Positions 58,323-64,000 of a stretch of 64,000 bases of DNA are shown piece after piece (the first letter of the stretch is position 1; each line of letters starts with the position of its first letter). The stretch lies in NCBI GenBank assembly GCA_977018835.1, contig OZ361257.1:1364001-1428000 (forward strand), read 5' to 3'. The DNA comes from Minutocellus sp. GHC0000111. Lineage: Eukaryota. Under the pieces are notes generated by a model. It was not told the origin of the DNA, made no database searches, and worked only from the letters and a program-made list of their open reading frames with translations. Position numbers and translations under genes: made by a program.

Positions 58323-60512
58323 CTATTTTGTCGCGCCAAACTTATTCTTCTTCTTCTCCATGATGTATGTGTATTTAAGCGAAACGGCGGAGTAGAGGAA
58401 GGTGACCAAGCCAAAAAAGAATAGAAGAAAGGCTCGTTGTGAAGACCCTCTCGGCCATGTGCGCGGTGACCATACCACCGAGGACAAAGATCTTGAAGGG
58501 TAGGGTGATGGAGAGACTCAAGAAGTTTGTACTCTCTAAGTCTGGAGTATCATAGGTTAGCATGTCGATGAGATGCTCAGTGACGCTGTCCCAGTTGTGA
58601 GATCCCTCCTCGTCATGTAAGGTAGGTGAGCAGAAGTCATCGAAGGAGAACATGCACAGAAGACGGAGAGGAGCGAAGAGCATTTGTTCGAACTGGTGGA
58701 TATCAATGAGTGTAATGCCAAATAGATTGACCTCGGGTGCTGCGCCTTCGATGGAGTGGACAGAGGCTAAGACGTTGTTGACAATGATAGTCCCATCTTC
58801 AGTAAGTGGAGCGTACTGCCCCTTCTTCTTGACAATCTCGATGGAAAGTATATCGGCATGACGAATTTCACTGGCAGGGCTTCTGCCAGAGATCTGGACC
58901 GTGTCGCCAATAACCACATCCTTCGCCATCTTGGGCACACCGCGCTTTCCAACAAAAAGGATATGATTAGGAGAGAGTTCAAGACTCGTGCCGGCAGCAT
59001 CGTCGGTTAGGAGCCTAACATAATCGTGCTTTTCATCTTCATCGGTATGGCCGTAGGCGAAGGAATAGACCTTGGAATACCCCGAGGCGGTGCGAACTTT
59101 ATCGCCAATCTCGACCATGTCGATCGTTGTGTCGCCCCTGCCCAAAACATCGACGGTGGCATCCTCGGGGAAACATCCCATTGCGAGCTGGCAACATGAT
59201 CCACAGCAAGAAGTGATGCAGTTGTCACAATCGCCACTGCTATCGGCGCTCTCAACATCAACTCCTGATGGAACGCAATGCCAGTCACCTCCACTCTTTG
59301 GTCGCTTGCTAAATTCGACAAAATGAAAATGGAAGAACGCAATCAATTTTATAGTAAGCGATAACATATGGCATACGACTTGATACATACATATCCCCAA
59401 ACTCTATACAGAACTAAAAACAATTCATACACTTACTTTGACGACGAAGATGCAGAATTAGCCTTTGCTGACTTGGCCTTGGGACAGTAGTTGAAGCCAG
59501 GATCGCCAGAGCTATCATCAACCTCACAAGTCATCCTATTGAAATAGTCGTAGGGAAAATCGTCGAACTCCTCATCATCGCTAAACTTATCTTTTCCAGG
59601 ACAAACCTACAGTAAATGAAGGAGAAAAATGATATGCGTGTGCGCGTCAGAAAAGAAATGAATGAGAGATACTATAGGTGAGAGATCCATCAGGAGGGCA
59701 TCGCATAAAAAAGATCCATTCAGCAGCCACTTGCGAGACTACTGTACTGGCTGAAAGATTCTTACCTTGCAATGGCATGCATAATGACACTCCGAGAGAC
59801 TCAACTGGTCACAAGGAGTGTGGGCGTTTCTACGACCAAAAACATAGCGTGGACAGGTAGGTCCTGAAATGACACGATTATCAATGGTATCATCAGCACG
59901 GACGGCAATGCTGGCGGTAGGCATGTCATTGTTCATCAATGTCCATTGAAAGCAGTCGAACCCAACAATAAGGGCAGCGTCTTGCTCGGCATTCGATAGT
60001 TGGGGCCATGCCTTAGCCATCAACGATGAAAACTGGTCTGTGTCAAATGACGAGGGGTCGGTATATCCGATTGTTTTCGCGGCGTTCTGAACCCTGGTTG
60101 GTAGCTCGGAGAAGAAAAAGTCATCGTAGCCATTTTCATAGATTCCAGGGTTGACGTCGAGGGAGCGCCAGTTGGTTTGGTTTGCATCCGAGAATTGCTT
60201 CCATGACGTAGTGTCCATGTATTCGGGATCTTCGTCATTATCCCACGTAGTGGAAGTGTAGCCTAATTCTTGAGCGGCCGAGCGCTTCGCGCCGCTTGGG
60301 AGATTGGCCCAAAGGAGCTTGTAGAATGGATCTCGGCAGGTCTTGTCGAGCTGCATCCGGCGGCGATCGCGAAGACCACTGCTGCGATGATCATGTTGAT
60401 CTTCGACAATTCCTTCGTTGAGGGGAGGACGATTGTTGAACTTGAGTGCATTGTCCCCGAGGGCAGACTTGGCCAGGAGGGCATAGAGGACGACGGTGTT
60501 GGACCAAAGCAT
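58323..60512 (-). CDS. Secreted/membrane Hedgehog-type Hint (Hog) domain protein; exons 60512-59766, 59606-59437, 59308 to 58375/58323
   Basis: Signal MLWSNTVVLYALLAKSALG; two frame-preserving GT-AG introns; G|CFPEDATV, IGDKV, SKVYSF, LELSPNHILF and GQYAPLTEDGTIIVNNVLAS; SRR-like LFAPLRLLC; hydrophobic C-terminus. Confidence 0.88.
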
Positions 60513-61433
60513 CGTGGTGCTTGTAAAGCCTTGATTATGAGCCACCGCAAGCTGCACGCTTAGAATGAATTGAATCGAATCCTTTTGGCCAGCCTTTTTG
60601 GCGATCAGACTTTTCCGGCGAGCCCAGGGGGAGTGCCTCTGGCGGGTTTGCATCTATTATCTCCACACTTCCTATGTGTACAACAAACCGCTTTCTGAAA
60701 TCGGAAAGCAGACGAGCCTTTTGCGGCAGACGATGCACATGGAAATCATTAAGTGATGACGGGTTTTGGCGTGGCAGGCTCGGCGAGCCTGCCACAAAAT
60801 ACATTTTTTCTTCAGACATGAAAACTGAAGATGCGAAATTCTTTGTGTCTTTTTGCTCCTGCACGTAGAAGCTGGTACAAAACCGTCGTAGGGCAGCATG
60901 CTCTCGCGCCGCAACAGGGCCGCTTCTGCGGTCCCTCTTTTCGACGAAACACATTACCTCACTTAGTGAGAGATTGTTTGCTGCACTTGTATTTGCTTTT
61001 TGGCGGCGCGACATGTTTCATTGAAGCAAGCGAGAATCGACGTATCTGCACCGACAGGTGATGTGCTCGTTTGACGTGGTGCAGCCGTGCAAACTTTCTT
61101 GGGGGTCATTGGTATTTTTTTACTTGAGAGGGCCAATGATTTCCATGTGCAATGTTCAGTGACCATAAAAAAAGCTCTAAAAATCTCGCAGATAGCCAGC
61201 CCCTGTTTTGACCCACTCGACTGAGCTCATGATGGAGAGGCGAGGGGCCTTTTTGTTTCATGAGCTCATGCATGGCTCTTGGCTCCGGCTGGCCGGCTGG
61301 ACTGGCTGATGAGGGCCATTTACAATTCCATCCCATGTATCAAGCTACGTAGCTACGAGTAGCCACCGCATTTCGCTCAGCAATTCACTCTATCGCAGTC
61401 TGAATGTTGCACACCTGAACCGTGTTTTAAGAC

Positions 61434-64000
61434 ATGTCGGCACAAGAAGTGCCGGCAGCAGCTTCGGCAGGCGCCAGTCGTCCGCCGCCGGCGGCAGGTG
61501 ATGATGATGGCATTAGCGGCGGCGGCGGAATGATGAGCTCATCAGGAGCTGCTGCCGGTGGTGGTGGTCCATCACCTGCCCCTCATATCAGCAGCAGTAT
61601 CGCCAACGAACCCCTAAGTCCCATCAGTACCGCCACATCTCACGATATGGCAGCAGATCCAGCGACAGCCCCTACTCTCGCAACCGGCGCGCATGAGCTG
61701 GAATGGACGGACAAGAATCTCGGCCGTCCCGCCGCCCTTGCCGCGAACGGCGTTCTCGGGGCCGCGGCCGGAACCACGAAAATGGTTGGGTGGACCGTGG
61801 GAGATTCCAACCTGCACGTCCGATCGGGCTTCCGATCGCTGGCCGCCATGCATCTGCGGGTATCGGCCCGAGTCCATTACGTGGCTTTTTATCATCCCTC
61901 CCTCGATGCCGAGATTGCTGCTCCGTCGTCATCATCTTCGTTCGGTGGTGGCGGTGGGTTGTCATCGTCGTCACATCATGGATCCAGCGGCGGTAAGAAG
62001 GTTCTGGATGGGGTACGGCACGCCATCGGATTGGAAAGCAAAGGCGGCAGCATGGACTGGTCGGCGGAGGAGGCGGCAAGGCTGGCGGCCGCCGTCGAGT
62101 CCGAATCTTTCCGCCTGTCGAGAGATGGGATCGTCGAGCATCACTTCGCTCGAAGGCGGAGCAGCGGCGGCCGGGCAGGAAAATCATCGTCTCCGTCCAG
62201 GAATAGGAAGGCGACGCCATCACCCGATCGTACTCCCAGGGCTGCTAGTAGACCTGCCGCCGCCGCTGCAGGTGCTGGTGCCGTTACCGCGGAAGAGGGC
62301 CGAGGAGCGATGGCTACTCCCAGAAAAGATACAAGGAGGGCATCTGCCAACTCTGCTGTCGCAGGTGACTCGGAGCATGGAAGAGATGAGATTCCAACGG
62401 ATCTCGACGCTGGGGCTACTTCTAGCAGTAGTATCAAGCCACGAAAATTTGTTGTTGCCAGTCGAATTCCACAGTCTGCCGAGAACAAACGGACAAGCGC
62501 AGGAGAAACACCTGAAGCGACTCTCCGCCAAATGATCAAGAAGGGCAAAAAAGGCAGAAGTAAAGAGAGAGACGCAATGGCACTTGCTGCAAGCGCTGCT
62601 GCCACCGCCAGTGCGGGCGGTAATGTCAACCGAGGCGCGACCTCAACTATTGGAAAACAGGAAAGCACCGTCAGCAATGAGGGGGACTCCATCGGCAAGC
62701 TGCTCGCAGAACATGCCGCGCCGGTTGCGTTTGATCCCGACAACATTACTGGTGATGGTACCGCACTTGCTGGGATGATCAAGACAACTCCTTCGGCTAA
62801 AATTGGTCGATATTTGCCAGAAGTTGCGTGTCGCGTCCCCTCTTCGTCTGTTTGCTTCCATCTCAAAGGAGATAAGCGGCATGTTCAATCGACGCAACCT
62901 TTCGTCGTCGAGGCACCTCACGTTATCTTCGGAGGGGGGAGGGATAGGCTCATTCGCCGGGTGGCCGCCGACGGCAACCCACTTGTCGATGCAAGGCGAT
63001 TCGAATACCTGTCCAACAATGAACTTTCGATGAGCCAGCGGACCGAGAGTTTGCTCTGCGCAGGGGCAACTGTTTGGGTAGACGTTGCAAAGCCACCGAA
63101 GAAGGATACCAAGACTTCCGTCGACATTGCCAAGAACATCGGTAACGCCGCAACAAAGACCGCTCACGACACAAACAAGGGTGTAAAGAAGATGTTCAAG
63201 TTTGCCACTGTTAGGGTTAGGTCAAGGAAGAAAAGAGCAGTGTTGCTGAAGACAGTCAAGATGACGCCTCTAATCCGAGTGAGAGGCCTTCTTTGGACGG
63301 GAGCAGCGTGGCCGTCGGTGTCGGTGAAATTTCTGCTGGTGCGATCGATGATACACTTCCACTTGGCGATATTTCTTCTCAGGTCTCACCCGCACGTGCA
63401 AGTGAGGAGAATGCTGGGTCGTTATCCATATCCTCCAGTAGATTGCCCGATGCACCCAGGCCGTACGTTCTTGTGCTTGATGATGTTTTGGATTTCAGGG
63501 TACAAGAGTTTCCATCCAACTCAACGATTGCTTCGTTTCCCATCTCGGTCGCGTCCATATTGAACAATACTGGCATGGAGGAACGGCTGAATAATCCCCG
63601 TCGTCCTAGTGAGCTCACCGTGACACTCGTCCAAGAACCGTCGATCAAGGAGAAGAAATGGGGTTGCGAAGTAAAGATAACATTCCGATGCGCAGAGGTC
63701 CGGCCGGACACGCCTCTTGCTATGGAGAAGCCGGAGCAAGACGACAAGGGGAGATGGACGAAGTCGAGCCTCGATGATAGAATGAGAAGGATGCGCGTCA
63801 ATCTGAAAAACGTCGGTAAACCCAAGGAAAGAATAGAAGAAGAGATTAGGGCGATGGAAGAAAAAGAGTTAGAAGAAGAGGAAGAGCGTGAGGCCGCGAT
63901 TATCATGGCTGGGATTGGAAAAGGATATGAGCAAGGTGCCCCCGCAAGGGAGATTGTCAAACGCCAAATGTTTTACGATCCCGAGCGCGAAGAATTTCGG
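61434..64000 (+). CDS. Large hypothetical protein (partial, runs off the window); frameshift near 63215
   Basis: 709-aa ORF whose coding-like frame continues after a shift (DGSSVAVGVG...PPVHQTIASF-like segment, ...EIVKRQMFYDPEREEF); no recognised domain. Confidence 0.6.

Noticed and set aside
58760..59175. Hint domain as a true protein-splicing intein
   Set aside because: It lacks the C-terminal His-Asn plus Cys/Ser/Thr junction, is not inserted in a conserved host protein, and has Hog-type YAPLT and SRR-like features instead.
1..64000. rRNA, tRNA or other structured RNA genes
   Set aside because: None recognised by eye; tRNAscan-SE/Infernal would be needed to exclude them.

Overview
Eukaryotic nuclear DNA, very likely from a diatom or close stramenopile: compact genes, short GT-AG introns, bipartite plastid presequences with ASAF/AAAF motifs, chitin synthase and a Ty1/copia remnant. 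Bases 1-7076 are a head-to-tail array of a 2771-bp unit that carries the 3' catalytic half of a chitin synthase and a bacterial-type class I glutamine amidotransferase. An intact housekeeping block follows: CBS-NhaD, FabF, JmjC, peroxisomal enoyl-CoA reductase, SET/LSMT-like, gamma-CA-like, RabGGT-beta and GT31. It is interrupted by an internally deleted copia LTR element (12647-15365) with a clear 5-bp TSD but non-canonical AGT...ACT termini. From about 23 kb onward most genes carry frameshifts, deletions or an in-frame stop (ABCC, MINDY, MFS, OSCA, 5'-nucleotidase-C protein, TMEM151 and others). The most notable accessory genes are a 10-exon cell-surface protein with ten knottin-like 6-Cys repeats (34112-38037) and a secreted Hedgehog-type Hint (Hog) autoprocessing protein with an unrecognised W/LGY-repeat plus Cys-rich N-terminal cargo (58323-60512). 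All calls come from motif recognition by eye; no database searches were run.
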